Positions 1-12,074 of a stretch of 36,737 nt of DNA are shown here, piece by piece. A program made the position numbers and the translations under genes. Each line of letters begins with the position of its first letter. Positions within the stretch are counted from its first letter, which is position 1. The notes beneath the pieces were generated by a model. It had not been told where the DNA came from, ran no database searches, and saw only the letters and a list, made by a program, of their open reading frames with translations. The DNA comes from Octopus bimaculoides (taxonomy: Eukaryota). The DNA lies in NCBI RefSeq assembly GCF_001194135.2, contig NC_068987.1, positions 54,617,160 through 54,653,896 on the forward strand, given 5' to 3'.

Positions 1-99
1 CCTTATTTGAAACAACCAATCAGACGAATCCATGTGTTTTAAATTTTTAATTTTATATTACTTTCGATTGCATCGTTATCCTTCCTCCATTTCTAACAA

Positions 100-141
100 A
101 ACTGTCCGATGAACGGGAACGTGAAACTCAGAGTAACGGTT
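100..141 (+). ncRNA. Type I hammerhead ribozyme-like motif, family B (core variant CCGAUGA)
   Basis: AACTGT-CCGATGA-ACG(GGAA)CGT-GAA-ACTC(A)GAGT-A-ACGGTT. Stem I is 6 bp, stem II 3 bp plus tetraloop, stem III palindromic, cleavage triplet GUA. One core substitution (U4 to C). Confidence 0.65.
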
Positions 142-245
142 TTTTTGTTATATTTCTGCTGCTTTTAAATAAAGCATATTACTCTACCTCTGGTATTTGA
201 GTACTCTTTTTTCCACCTTGTTGCACATTTCATGTGCTTACTCCG

Positions 246-282
<37 letters not shown>

Positions 283-754
283 AATGTGAGTTTGGAGGGA
301 TACATATTGTATTAGTTTTCAGTTGACTTCCAATTGACGACTAGCCATAACGATCAGTATCCCACATCTGTATCTACAATCAGTTGTTAATCACTCCATA
401 AATTCTTCCGATGGGTAATTCCATGTGCTCTATGCTGGACTGTAAAGGTTGCTTTGAGTAAATATTAATATTAATGATAATAAAGAGCATGGAGACTTGT
501 ACATCCACAAAATTTATTTTATATTTATTCTATTCTTTTGTTCTTTTTTGAGAGTAGTCGGGTTCATTTTTAGTATTCTCATTTGTGAGAGCAGTTGATT
601 TTATTTCAGATATTCTCATTTTAAAAGTCATTTCTGGCTAATCGTTGAGAGGACGTTGGTGTTGCCTTGGCAGAGATTTGCACTCACTGAGTGCTCTTGT
701 TTACATTGATTCAAATTTTTGAGATTTTCAATGATATGATTAATCTTTAATCTT

Positions 755-1150
755 TCATCTTTGACTTGTTTCAGTTGTTAGACTGCAGCCAAGAATTGTT
801 AGTCAAATTAATCAACACAAATATTTATTTTTTGTTAAAGCCTGCTATTTATTCTATCAGTGTCTCTCGATGAACTGTTAAGTTTCAGGGATGCAAACAT
901 ACCAACACCAGTTGTCAAATGGTGGAGGAGGAGGGCAAACACAGACACAAAGACATTCTCACACATGCACACACACACACACACACACACACATGTATAT
1001 ATGATGAACTTCTTTCAGTTTCCATCTACCAAATCCACTCACAAGGTTTTGCTCAGCCCAAGGCTATTGCAGAAGATACCTGCCCAAGGTGCCACACAGC
1101 GGGACTGAATCTGGAACCATGTGGCTGGGAAGCAAGTGTCTTACCACAAC
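755..1150 (-). mobile_element. tRNA-derived CORE-type SINE (octopus OR-like), degenerate, internal (CA)n
   Basis: Reverse-complement match to the full copies at 9011-9416 and 35094-35513 (tRNA head, CCTTGGGCAAGT core, CAGTCAAATGACTGAAAC-type tail). Confidence 0.85.
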
Positions 1151-1408
1151 AACATTGTAGTGTAGGTGAGAGAGGCTGAATCTGGCCAGTTTCAACATAG
1201 AATAAATTTTGGCCTCATATAACCATTTCAATGCTAAAGGATTAAATGCACCCACAATAACCGAGTTAACAGCTGAGTTCAGTTATAAGTAGATCAACTG
1301 AGGGCCAGTTTTTCAGTGGTACTGCAATAATCCACAGCATTATGAGCATGCAGTGCTGATTGTAGTTGTATCTAGAATAGCTAAAAAAAGACAAATTCTC
1401 AGCAACCA

Positions 1409-1466
1409 GACACAGGTATGGCCGTGTGGTAAGAAGTTTACTTCCAGCCACTGCATGCATTCGTGG
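1409..1466 (+). mobile_element. SINE head fragment truncated by the LINE that follows
   Basis: GGTATGGCCGTGTGGTAAGAAGTTTACTTCCAGCCAC matches the 5' end of the CORE-type SINE. Confidence 0.7.
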
Positions 1467-2261
1467 AATGTCTGGAATTAACGAGACTGATAGTTTTCGC
1501 AGAACAACTGTTGTCATCGATGGGAAGAGTACAGCTATCAGCTGAATCTATCATTGAGATTGTGCCGCCTCCTTCCCTCAACAGGGAGAGGAAGGCTTGC
1601 TTTTCCTGCATAGTAGCCATACTGAAAGAAACAGTATGGAAGACGCGTATAAGAGGCATAGTGATGGATACCTTTGTATCTGGCCAGGGGTTAGTTAACT
1701 TTTTTTGTTACCACCTCAGTAGTAAGATCAGGCTGGAGAAGTGGTATCTGTCACGAGACAGATTCATGAGNNNNNNNNNNNNNNNNNNNNNNNNNNNNNN
1801 NNNNNNNNNNNNNNNNNNNNNNNNNNNNNNNNNNNNNNNNNNNNNNNNNNNNNNNNNNNNNNNNNNNNNNNNNNNNNNNNNNNNNNNNNNNNNNNNNNNN
1901 NNNNNNNNNNNNNNNNNNNNNNNNNNNNNNNNNNNNNNNNNNNNNNNNNNNNNNNNNNNNNNNNNNNNNNNNNNNNNNNNNNNNNNNNNNNNNNNNNNNN
2001 NNNNNNNNNNNNNNNNNNNCAAGGGAAAGAAAAAGCAAGGGGTCTACCCTGGTGGTCGGATGCCTATCCTTCAGAAAAGCCATTACAAATTGCATCTGTA
2101 ATGAGCAATGCTTCAATCGAACATTGTAAATATAATCCAATTTTTATTGTGTATTTAAAATTGTAAATATTTAATTGATACAGCTACTTCACCCCTTTTA
2201 TGTTTGTCTGTCCTTGTTTGTCCCCTCTTTGTAATGCCTTTATGGCAAATATTTATGAAAT
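1467..2261 (+). mobile_element. 5'-truncated L1/Tx1-clade LINE, ORF2 C-terminus plus 3' UTR (gap 1771-2019)
   Basis: ORF 1463-1770 reads ...KACFSCIVAILKETVWKTRIRG...FVSGQGLVNFFCYHLSSKIRLEKWYLSRDRF. This resembles the post-zf-RVT C-terminus of L1/Tx1 ORF2. A T-rich 3' UTR follows the gap. Confidence 0.65.
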
Positions 2262-2646
2262 AAAGTAGCTTGCTTACCAACCACATGGTTATGGGTTCAG
2301 TCCCACTGTGTGGTACATTGAGCAATTGACTTCTATTATAGCCTCGGGCCAACCATTACCTTGTAAGTGGATTTGATAGAAGGAAACTGAAAGGAGCCTT
2401 ATATGTATGTATACTTGTGTATGTGTGTGTTTGTGTTTTTCCCCAGCACCACTTGACAGCCAATGTAGGTGTGTTTACATCCGCGTAACTTAGCAGCTCG
2501 GCAAAACAGACTGGTAGAATAAGTAATGGGCTTAAAAGGAAAATCAGTACTGGGGTTGATTAGTTTGGCTAAAATTCCTGAAGACAGTACCCCAGCATGG
2601 CCTCAATCTAAAGATTGGAACAAGTAAAAGAAAAAAGATAAAAGAA
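2262..2646 (+). mobile_element. CORE-type SINE, near full length
   Basis: Co-linear with 9011-9416; ends in the AAAAGATAAAAGAA tail. Confidence 0.88.
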
Positions 2647-2865
2647 CTACCAGAGTCACAGTATTTGCTGGAGATCATGAAGATGTAAACCCACTTAGTC
2701 TTGGTATGCAGAATATTATATGGGTTAAATTCAAGTGAGAATATTACATGCAATCAATTATGATTTCAGGTCTATGTAAAGTCAACTTCAACTATATTGA
2801 AGACTAAGGATAATCTTAATAGGATTTGAAATCATCTTCCATTTAGCATTTACACATTCACTCTT

Positions 2866-3302
2866 TTACTCTTTTACTCTTTTACTTGTTTCAGTCATTT
2901 GACTGTGGCCATGCTGGAGCACCGCCTTTAGTCGAGCAACTCGACCCCAGGACTTATTCTTTGGAAGCCTAGTACTTATTCTATTGGTNNNNNNNNNNAT
3001 TCTTTGGAAGCCTAGTACTTATTCTATTGGTTTCTTTTGCCAAACTGCTAAGTTACAGGAACATAAACACACCAGCATCGGTTGTCAAGCGATGTTGGGG
3101 AGACAAACACTGACACACAAACACATACACACATACATATACATATATACATATATACAACAGGCTTCTTTCAGTTTCCGTCTACCACATCCACTCACAA
3201 GGCTTTGGTCAGCCTGAGGCACTTGCCCAAGATGCCATGCAGTGGGACTGAACCCAGAACCATGTGGTTGGTAAGCAAGCTACTTGCCACACAGCCACTC
3301 CT
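2866..3302 (-). mobile_element. CORE-type SINE, near full length (10-N gap inside)
   Basis: Reverse complement of 9011-9416 including the (CTTTTA)n tail. Confidence 0.9.
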
Positions 3303-3464
3303 ATGCCTAAATCAGTATAACTTATTTTTATAACCTTTTCAATGTCAATCAACCAGAGACCATCTCTTGTTCTACGATTCATACTTTCTGTTTTAGTGGT
3401 CTAAATTAAAACTTTACATCAAAATTTCATGTACTTTATATTTCAGAATTATTTTACTATTTTC

Positions 3465-3670
3465 TATCTTTTACTTGTTTCACTTATTAGAATGCAGCCA
3501 TGCTAGGACACTGCATTGAATCGACCGCAGTATTTATATATTTTTTTAAAAACCTGGTACTTATTCTATCAGTTTCTTTTGCCAAATCCCTAAATTATGG
3601 GCACATAAACACAACACCAGTTGTCAAACAGTGGTAGGAGAACAAACACTGACACAAAAACACACACTTT
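3465..3670 (-). mobile_element. CORE-type SINE 3' half
   Basis: TTTTACTTGTTTCA...GGTACTTATTCTATC...CCAGTTGTCAA matches the SINE tail. Confidence 0.75.
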
Positions 3671-3869
3671 TATATATATGTCACAATATATGAATTCAAG
3701 TAATCTGGTAGTACTCATAGAAAAAAAAGCTCCTTAATGTATCATTCTTCAAAACCTATAGAATATATAGTATGCAACCAGAAAAAAATGATAAGAAGTG
3801 TATAAAGTCATAGATGACAGAGAAATAGTTTGATGAAATTTTATTTAACAATAAGAAAATTCATCATAA

Positions 3870-4395
3870 TCATCATCGTTTAACGTCTGCTTTCCATGCT
3901 AGCATGGGCTGGACGATTTGACTGAGGACTGGTGAACCAGATGGCTACACCAGGCTCCAATCTGATTTGGCAGAGTTTCTACAGCTGGATGCCCTTCCTA
4001 ACGCCAACCACTCCGAGAGTGTAGTGGGTGCTTTTATGTGCCACCGGCACGAAGGCCAGTCAGGAGGTACTGGCAACAACCACGCTCGAAATGGTGTATT
4101 TTACATGCCACCTGCACAGGGGCCAGTCCAGCGGTCCTGGCAATGAACTCGCTCGAATGTCTTTTCACGTGCCACTGGCACAAGTGCCAGGAGGGCGCCG
4201 TTGGTAACGATCACGCTCAAATGGTGCTATTTACATGCCCCCGGCACAGAAGCCAGACAGCTGGTGCTCTGGCAACGATCACGCTCGGACGGTGCTCTTA
4301 GTGATCTACTGGTACAGGTGCCATCACGATTTCGCTTTTGCTTGCCCCAACAGGTCTTCGCAAGCCAAGTTTAGTGTTGAATGAAGAGACGTTGG
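3870..4395 (-). mobile_element. SINE-like repeat with RTE-type (GAT)n 3' tail and internal ~55-60 bp tandem units
   Basis: CATCATCGTTTAACGTCTGCTTTCCATGCTAGCATGG...GGATGCCCTTCCTAACGCCAACC. About four GGCAACGATCACGCTCG-type subrepeats at 4070-4320. Related copies at 14770-15075, 29257-29475 and 32761-33116. Confidence 0.85.
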
Positions 4396-4834
4396 CCCAT
4401 TTATGATATTAGAATTTTCTTATTTTAACAATAAGAAAATTCTAATATCATAAATGGTTTCATAACTTCTAAAGCATGTAAATAATTTATATTATTATAT
4501 TTAATAATAACTAAATTACTTACATGTCTGCATTAAGGCAAAATGCAAAAAAGTCCTTCAAAATAAGGCAGAATTTAAGCTACATCCTCAGGTAAAAGAA
4601 AGTCTTTGTTAAATACTAAATTCTTGACGTAACATTATAAGAAGGCAAAGTCAAAATTTTAAAAGTTTATGGAAGACAATAATAAAACTGACATGAATTA
4701 ATAATAAGAGTATTTTCTAATAGATGGAAGATAATTTTAGTTATATAATTAAAAAGTAACTAGAAGATATTATTGTTACAATTAAAGAAAAGAGATATAT
4801 TCATTACTACAAATCTAGAAAATAAAGGTATATA

Positions 4835-4990
4835 TATATACAACAGGCTTCTCACAGTTTCCATCAAACAAATCTACTCTTAAGGCTTTGGTCAAACCAA
4901 AGCTATAGAAGAAGACTTGCCTACCCAAGGTACCTCCCTGGAACCAAGTGGTTGGGAAAGCAAGCTTCTTATCACACAGCCACACCTACA
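4835..4990 (-). mobile_element. CORE-type SINE 5' half
   Basis: Reverse-complement similarity to 9011-9175. Confidence 0.7.
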
Positions 4991-5239
4991 TCATGTGCAT
5001 TATTCTCAAAATTAATTTAAGATATAAGCAGTGAATAACAGTAGAAATACTGTAACAAAAGGATCACAAACTAATCTGTATATGTTTATATGAATACTGA
5101 AGCAACTATGATAGTGAAGTTCCCGTTTTATAAGATGTAACGCAGAGGAAATGATAACAGATGCAGATAGCATTCTTTATCTCTTGTCATCTCGCCTTCC
5201 TTCCTCATAGAGTCCTCTTTTATTAAAAAAAATCTCCAG

Positions 5240-5510
5240 ACACACCTTCTTTTTCTCTCTCCATCTTCACTACAAACATTATCTGTCTCCTCCTTTTCCT
5301 CTTCCTCCTCCTTTTCTTCATCTTCTTCTTCCCTTCACCTCCTTATTTGTCTTCCTCCTCCACCTAACCTCACTTATCTTCCTCTTCCATATTCTTCTTC
5401 TTCTTCTTCTCCTCCTCCTCCTCCTCCTTCTCTTTCTCCTTCCTTGTTTCTCAGGGAACTTTTTTAAGTTCTCTTTTCCTTCTTCTCTCTTCTTTTACCT
5501 CTCTTATTGC
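5240..5510. repeat. Pyrimidine-rich (CTT/CCT) low-complexity tract
   Basis: Directly visible. Confidence 0.9.
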
Positions 5511-5663
5511 TATTGGTATCTCTATTTTTACCTTTTTCCCCCCCTGCTGCCCAGTATGTCTAAGCTAAGCCTACCATATTTACTCAACACATCTGATCTC
5601 AATTCTGCATTATTTCAATGAGGCACCAAAAATTTTAAAATCTGGAAAAACAACCTCACCACT

Positions 5664-5710
5664 TTGTCCCCACCACACACACACACACACATATACATAT
5701 ATATATACAC

Positions 5711-5747
<37 letters not shown>

Positions 5748-6157
5748 NNNNNNNNNNNNNNNNNNNNNNNNNNNNNNNNNNNNNNNNNNNNNNNNNNNNN
5801 NNNNNNNNNNNNNNNNNNNNNNNNNNNNNNNNNNNNNNNNNNNNNNNNNNNNNNNNNNNNNNNNNNNNNNNNNNNNNNNNNNNNNNNNNNNNNNNNNNNN
5901 NNNNNNNNNNNNNNNNNNNNNNNNNNNNNNNNNNNNNNNNNNNNNNNNNNNNNNNNNNNNNNNNNNNNNNNNNNNNNNNNNNNNNNNNNNNNNNNNNNNN
6001 NNNNNNNNNNNNNNNNNNNNNNNNNNNNNNNNNNNNNNNNNNNNNNNNNNNNNNNNNNNNNNNNNNNNNNNNNNNNNNNNNNNNNNNNNNNNNNNNNNNN
6101 NNNNNNNNNNNNNNNNNNTGTATGTATATATATACATTTATATATACATATATATAC

Positions 6158-6201
<44 letters not shown>

Positions 6202-6337
6202 GTACATATATATATATATATATCTATATATATACACATATATATATACACATATATATATACACATATATATATATACACACACACATGCATTGCATAT
6301 ATAAATACACAGAAAGAGGGAGAGACAGAGACAGACA

Positions 6338-6382
<45 letters not shown>
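5664..6382. repeat. (CA)/(TA)/(GA) microsatellites around gap 5748-6118
   Basis: Directly visible. Confidence 0.95.
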
Positions 6383-6385
<3 letters not shown>

Positions 6386-6919
6386 TAGCTATGTAGGTCT
6401 TCCATGCTAAATTAAGATTACAAAATTCTTCTATTTGGAGGTCAGTCCTGGCATAATATCCCCCCCCCCAAATAGTTTTCTGATTTTGTGTACATAAACG
6501 TCTAACTCACAGATTGAAGTAATGTATGCATGAAGAAACAACATACAAGTCACGTACTTTATAGAATGAAGCTTGAAGTTGCTGATTTCCAATACATTGT
6601 GATTTTTCTGTAACACAGAACAAAACGAAAGAATAAATTGGAAATATTAGTGACCTATATATAATATAGAGAGAAGAAGAGACAAAATATTATTGCTTGG
6701 GAGAGAAGCATTAAAATGATGATGAGTGGAAAGGGTGGATGTGAGGAAAGAAATTTTATTTAATAAAAATGGCTATTTTGTGTGTGTGTGTTTGGGATAA
6801 ATTCGATGATTTTTTATATCACTTTCTCTTTCAGAAATAGCTTGATGTATTGGTGAACAGTCAACGGCGTTGGAGAGCATAAGAATTAAAGTAGTCATTG
6901 ACAAAAAACTTAGCTGATA

Positions 6920-7205
6920 GGGAGAGCTAGAAGCCATCTGCATACTGAAAAAGAGAAATGTCTATGATTTCACCAGCTCCAATTACTGGCCTCCTAATTC
7001 CCCTGATTGTTATTCCACGGATTGTTATGTGTGAGGCACAATTGAGAAAAGTATACAACTGCTCTGTCTGCAATGCCATGACTGAGCTTGTGGCCAAGAT
7101 CAAGGAGATGTTTGAAGATCTTCCCAGGGACACTGTGAGGAACACATGCACCAGGTTCTGGACCCATCTTAAGGTTTTAGTGGAAGCCGAGGGGAACTAT
7201 TTTAT
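6920..7205 (+). pseudogene. Tc1/mariner (maT, DD37D-like) transposase C-terminal remnant
   Basis: Two frames give YDFTSSNYWPPNSPDCYSTDCYV*GT and ...TELVAKIKEMFEDLPRDTVRNTCTRFWTHLKVLVEAEGNYF, matching the WPPNSPDxNPLDYxVWG...GxYFE pattern. Frameshifted. Confidence 0.8.
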
Positions 7206-7879
7206 GATTCATGCCAGGTATCAAAACACTGATGCCATAACTGCTGCCCAATACTGTGTAAACACTACAAAAGCTGTAAGATGTGACATGGACATCGATT
7301 CTAACGATTCTGCCAGCTCGCTGCCTTTCTCAACTACAGACAATAGCAATGGTTAACTCTGTGAATTGGTTGATCTTGACCATTGACAGTTTGTTCTCTG
7401 TTTATCCACTTAGCATCAAGTGATATTTGCCATTGACTCAATAAGTTCATCTGCTGAAATAGTTTAACATTCACCATGCTTATTCTCATGATTTCAACAT
7501 ACTCTGGCTCAGCTGCTTAGAACTGGGGCTCTGATTAGTATTATTAATCTGGGTCAGAAAAGGCTTGAGAACAACAGTGGCTAAGAGATGATTCCACGCT
7601 CCTCAAAACCCTGGAACTCTCAAACCAGGATCCCACTACGAGACACAGTTTAAAGACATACCCAGGACTAATGTAGTATGATGTAATTATAAATACATGG
7701 TGTCTTTGAAAAGAAGAGGTGATGGTCAGGGCTAGAGTGCCTGTGATCATAAGTCTGCTTGGTCAGGTCTACCCTTGGGTTAAACAATAACAGTGGTTTC
7801 ATAGATTGTTTTGAAAGATTCCTGGTGTGAAATTGTGTATTGAAACAGATTTTGTTATGTTTCAGGGTTCTTTTATTCT

Positions 7880-8235
7880 TTTATTCTTCTGTCTGTTTCA
7901 GTCATTTGACCGAGGCCATGCTGGAGCACCACCTTGAAGAGTTTTAGTCAAACTAGTTGACCCCCAGAACTTACCTTTTTTTAAGCCTAGTACTTATATC
8001 AATCTCTTTTACTGAATCACTAAGTTAACACACCAACACTAGTTGTTATGACAGGCTTCTTTCAGTTTCTGTCTACCAAATCCTCTCACAAGACTTTGGT
8101 TGGCCTGAGGCTATAGTAGAAGAGACTTGCCTGAAGTACCATGCAATGGGACTGAACCCAAAACTACGTGGTAGGGAAGCAAGTTTTTTACCACAGAGCC
8201 ACGCCTGCAAATTCTTACCACACAATCACGCCTGG
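7880..8235 (-). mobile_element. CORE-type SINE with internal deletion
   Basis: Reverse-complement match to 9011-9416. Confidence 0.85.
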
Positions 8236-8386
8236 TCATTTTCTTCTCTTTTTTTGCCAAATAAACACACACACTATATATTCATTTTTCACTTCAGCTT
8301 TATTATTCAGCTCTATATTTAAGAGATGAGGAATTATGTACATTATTTACAATTGACAGATATTTGTTCTCATCTTGTTTGTTCTT

Positions 8387-8432
8387 AACACAATGTTTTG
8401 GCTGATATACCCTCCAGCCTTCATCAGGTATC
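8387..8432 (-). ncRNA. Hammerhead family A, copy 1 (decayed)
   Basis: Minus strand GATAC-CTGATGA-A-GGCTG(gagggtatat)CAGCC-AAAA-CATT-GTGTT. GAAA is mutated to AAAA and ACGT to ACAT. Confidence 0.7.
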
Positions 8433-8493
8433 TTGGGGAAATTTTGAACCTGGGTTCTCATTCCTAAGGTTTTTTTCGATGTTATTGTTGTTG

Positions 8494-8545
<52 letters not shown>

Positions 8546-8547
<2 letters not shown>

Positions 8548-8618
8548 TCACTACCTGGAATCGAACTCGGAATCTTGGGGTTAGTAGCCTGTGTTCTTAA
8601 CCACTAAGCCATATATCT
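8546..8618 (-). mobile_element. tRNA-derived SINE head (A box; intact B box GTTCGATTCC)
   Basis: Minus strand ...TGGCTTAGTGGTTAAGAACACAGGCTACTAACCCCAAGATTCCGAGTTCGATTCCAGGTAGTGACC followed by (AAT)n. Confidence 0.75.
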
Positions 8619-8633
8619 GTGGGCTTTCCCCAA

Positions 8634-8671
8634 GACACCTGATGACGGCTGGAGGGTATATCAGCCGAAAC
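8634..8671 (+). ncRNA. Hammerhead family A, copy 2 (3' part deleted)
   Basis: GACAC-CTGATGA-C-GGCTG(gagggtatat)CAGCC-GAAAC, then a deletion removes the rest of stem III and the stem I 3' strand. Confidence 0.65.
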
Positions 8672-9010
8672 AAACAAGATGAGGACAAATGTAAATAAGC
8701 TTCATTATTGTTCTTGTTTCATGTCCTTTGTCCAGAAATCTTTTGTGACACATCTGTGACTTCTTAAGTGACTGTCCATCCCATGTCTCCTCCTGTCTTG
8801 TTTATTCCATTCTGTCTTTCTATGACCATAGAAAGGCAGAATGGACTAAACAGAACAGGAGACACATAGGAAGGAGAGTCACTGAAGAGGTCACAGGATG
8901 AGTGATGAAGGATTTCAGACAAAGATCACTAAAATAGGAACAATGATAAAGCTGGAGTGAAGAGCAAGTATACAGTGCATGTGTTTATTTGGCACACACA
9001 AAAAAAGTGA

Positions 9011-9416
9011 GGCGCAGAAGTGGCTGTGTGGTAAGTAGCTTGCTTACCAACCACATGGTTCTGGGTTCATTCACACTGCGTGGCACCTTGGGCAAGTGTC
9101 TTCTACTATAGCCTAGGGCTGACCAAAGCCTTGTGAGTGGATTTGGTAGACAGAAAACTGAAATAAGCCCGTCGTATATATATATGTGTGTGTATATGTT
9201 TGTGTGTCTGTATTTATCCCACCAACATCGCTTGACAACCGATGCTGGTGTGTTTACGTACCTGTAACTTAGCGGTTCAGCAAAAGAGACCAATAGAATA
9301 AGTACTAGGCATCCAAAGAGTAAGTCCTGGGGTCGATTTGCTCGACTAAAGGCAGTGCTCCAGCATGGCCACAGTCAAATGAGTGAAACAAGTAAAAAAG
9401 TAAAGAGTAAAAGAGT
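9011..9416 (+). mobile_element. Full-length tRNA-derived CORE-type SINE (resembles octopus OR1/OR2 SINEs; family name unverified)
   Basis: GGCGCAGAAGTGGCTGTGTGGTAAG (A box), GGGTTCATTC (B-box like), GGCACCTTGGGCAAGTG (CORE-like), internal (TA)/(TG), tail CAGTCAAATGAGTGAAACAAGT-(AAAAGAGT)n. Confidence 0.9.
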
Positions 9417-9904
9417 ATCCCAAAATCTAACAAAGACAAGATTGTTAATCAGATAAGGTAAGAGATATGGCTGTGTGGCTAAGATGCTTGCTCAGCAAGT
9501 AAATGGTTTCAGGTTCAATCCCATTGCACTGCAATTTGAGCAAATATGTTTTATAGCAGTTTTGTGAGTGAAAATTTTTGGTAGCTCATTAGAGGAACCA
9601 TTCCTATTCTTATATGCTAGAATGAATCTATTATTTTATTTAACACCACCACTTAGCTTTTAGGTGCTTTTACCAAAGTCTACTCTGGCACAAGAATTCT
9701 GAGCAAGTCTTTAGCCTGAGGATAATTTTCAACCTTCCTTTGACCAGTTGCCTTGATCATGATATGAGCCATGACCTGCCCTGAATGTTTTTACCAGTTA
9801 AAAAATATCTGGAAAATCATACAAGATTAGCAAATCAAAATTTTTTCAACAAAGGAAACTAATAATAAATAAAAGAATCAAAACGCTGTTCTTTGTTGAA
9901 GACC

Positions 9905-9992
9905 AATCATCATCATCATCATCATTGCCATCTTCACCATCATCATCAACACCACTAACATCATCATCATCATCCTAACCATCATCATCGTC

Positions 9993-10026
<34 letters not shown>

Positions 10027-10265
10027 TCATCATCACCACCACTATCATCATCATCATCATCACAACCACTAGACATATACGCCTGTAATAAACTACTGCA
10101 AGCACCACCACTACCCCCTAGCTCATCACCACAACCAATTCAATCATCACAACCATTACCACCACTACTACAACTACCACCACTAACACCACCATCACCA
10201 CTACTACCACCAACACAAACAGCACTAACACCACCACCACCACCATCAACACCACCACTTCCACT
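9905..10265. repeat. Compound (CAT)/(CAC)/(CTA) trinucleotide microsatellite
   Basis: Directly visible. Confidence 0.95.
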
Positions 10266-11617
10266 ACTACAGCTATCAGCTATTCCTCTGTACCATTCTA
10301 TAGAATGTTAGGAACCACTTAATTATGGTTTCTGCCCAGCCACATAAAGGGGAGATGGAGAAAAGAGAATGAGGGGAGGGAAAGAAAAAGAAAAGAAAAT
10401 AAAGAAAAAACAAGAGAGAGAGTTTAAGTAAGGGAGTGAGAGAGAGAGTGAGTGACTGAGTGAGCGAGAAAGAGAGAGAGATTCAAGGAGGTTCTTGGAA
10501 GATAAAGTTATCAATGATGGTAGTCTGGATATCATACTTGGAATGATGTGTTTGATGATAACTAAACTGATGGTATCTTTTTGTGAAGTGGCACAAGTAC
10601 TACAGTGATGGAATGTAAAGCAATATCTGTGTGTGCGGATGTGTGCGTGTGTGTGTGTGTGTGTGTACGTGTATTGTTTGTATGAAATTTTCTTGTCAGC
10701 ATGCATGTTCGGCTCTAAGTATGTGGGCTTATGTTTGTGTGAATGTGTTTGGATGTCTGTGCAACACATGCATATATACAAACATATATACATGCATGTA
10801 TATATATATATATATATATATTATTATAAGATCTGGTAATTAGTCATATATTAATATATTAATTAATATCGATTAATTATCAGGGGGCCAGCACATTTAA
10901 AGAATCAAAGAGATTCAGAAATATTATCTGCAATCTCAGGGGATTAAGGTACATTTTAAAAAATAACGTCGACCACTAACATGGACAATTAATGCGCNNN
11001 NNNNNNNNNNNNNNNNNNNNNNNNNNNNNNNNNNNNNNNNNNNNNNNNNNNNNNNNNNNNNNNNNNNNNNNNNNNNNNNNNNNNNNNNNNNNNNNNNNNN
11101 NNNNNNNNNNNNNNNNNNNNNNNNNNNNNNNNNNNNNNNNNNNNNNNNNNNNNNNNNNNNNNNNNNNNNNNNNNNNNNNNNNNNNNNNNNNNNNNNNNNN
11201 NNNNNNNNNNNNNNNNNNNNNNNNNNNNNNNNNNNNNNNNNNNNNNNNNNNNNNNNNNNNNNNNNNNNNNNNNNNNNNNNNNNNNNNNNNNNNNNNNNNN
11301 NNNNNNNNNNNNNNNNNNNNNNNNNNNNNNNNNNNNNNNNNNNNNNNNNNNNNNNNNNNNNNNNNNNNNNNNNNNNNNNNNNNNNNNNNNNNNNNNNNNN
11401 NNNNNNNNNNNNNNNNNNNNNNNNNNNNNNNNNNNNNNNNNNNNNNNNNNNNNNNNNNNNNNNNNNNNNNNNNNNNNNNNNNNNNNNNNNNNNNNNNNNN
11501 NNNNNNNNNNNNNNNNNNNNNNNNNNNNNNNNNNNNNNNNNNNNNNNNNNNNNNNNNNNNNNNNNNNNNNNNNNNNNNNNNNNNNNNNNNNNNNNNNNNN
11601 NNNNNNNNNNNNNNNNN

Positions 11618-11650
<33 letters not shown>

Positions 11651-12039
11651 GTTGCTATTATGCAAAAGTGTCGTAAGTCCACAACATTGCTTTTTCAGAA
11701 AACAAAAGATAGTTTCACACCATTTCATTTCTTTTCACATTAGCAACAGTTTCAGCTGAACAGTAATACTTTATGGGGTGCATAAAATCATAACTCCATT
11801 CATGTAAGATATTTTCAGTCAGAAATGTTTTTGCATAACTGTCATATGGCTTACTACATTTTTGAAAAATGCTAAACAGTCGTACTGCACTTTGGCAATT
11901 TTCATCTGAAGCAGTTGGAGATATGGTAGTGTGACCAAAAGAGATAGCTATTGCAAGCAAAATTAAATATTAAAAAAATGCATTTAGCCAAACAAACGAC
12001 AGTTTAACATAATAGCAACAATATATATATGTATATATA

Positions 12040-12074
<35 letters not shown>

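Larger units (their letters stand above)
8308..8700 (-). mobile_element. Composite element, locus 1: tRNA head - (AAT)n - Penelope-type pLTR with HHR, plus inverted partial pLTR
   Basis: pLTR on minus 8308-8481, (ATT)n 8482-8542, tRNA-like on minus 8546-8618, inverted pLTR copy on plus 8624-8700. Same modules at 15803-16242 and 17700-18207. Confidence 0.8.

Noticed and set aside
280-745. Possible decayed coding remnant on the minus strand
   Set aside because: Multiple stops in all frames and no motif I can identify.
5610-6410. Long ORFs spanning N-gaps and (TA)/(CA)/(TG) tracts (also 1708-2166, 10936-11759, 20178-20732, 24225-24799, 30677-31425)
   Set aside because: They are open only because of Ns and dinucleotide repeats (YIYI, HTHT, CVCV); no coding signal.
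7205-7356. Protein-like C-terminal half of ORF 6958-7356
   Set aside because: The front is the maT remnant, and 7290-7335 is a reverse-strand SINE head (GGCAGCGAGCTGGCAGAATCGTTAG), so the ORF is a chance fusion.
6511-10599. Minus-strand pseudo-exons (6511-6607, from 9808 downward, 10538-10599) with decent splice sites
   Set aside because: No consistent reading frame gives a recognisable or long product. Such sites are expected by chance.
10960-10997. AACGTCGACC resembling a PLE hammerhead 3' half
   Set aside because: No CUGANGA or GAAA upstream, and the sequence is cut by a gap.
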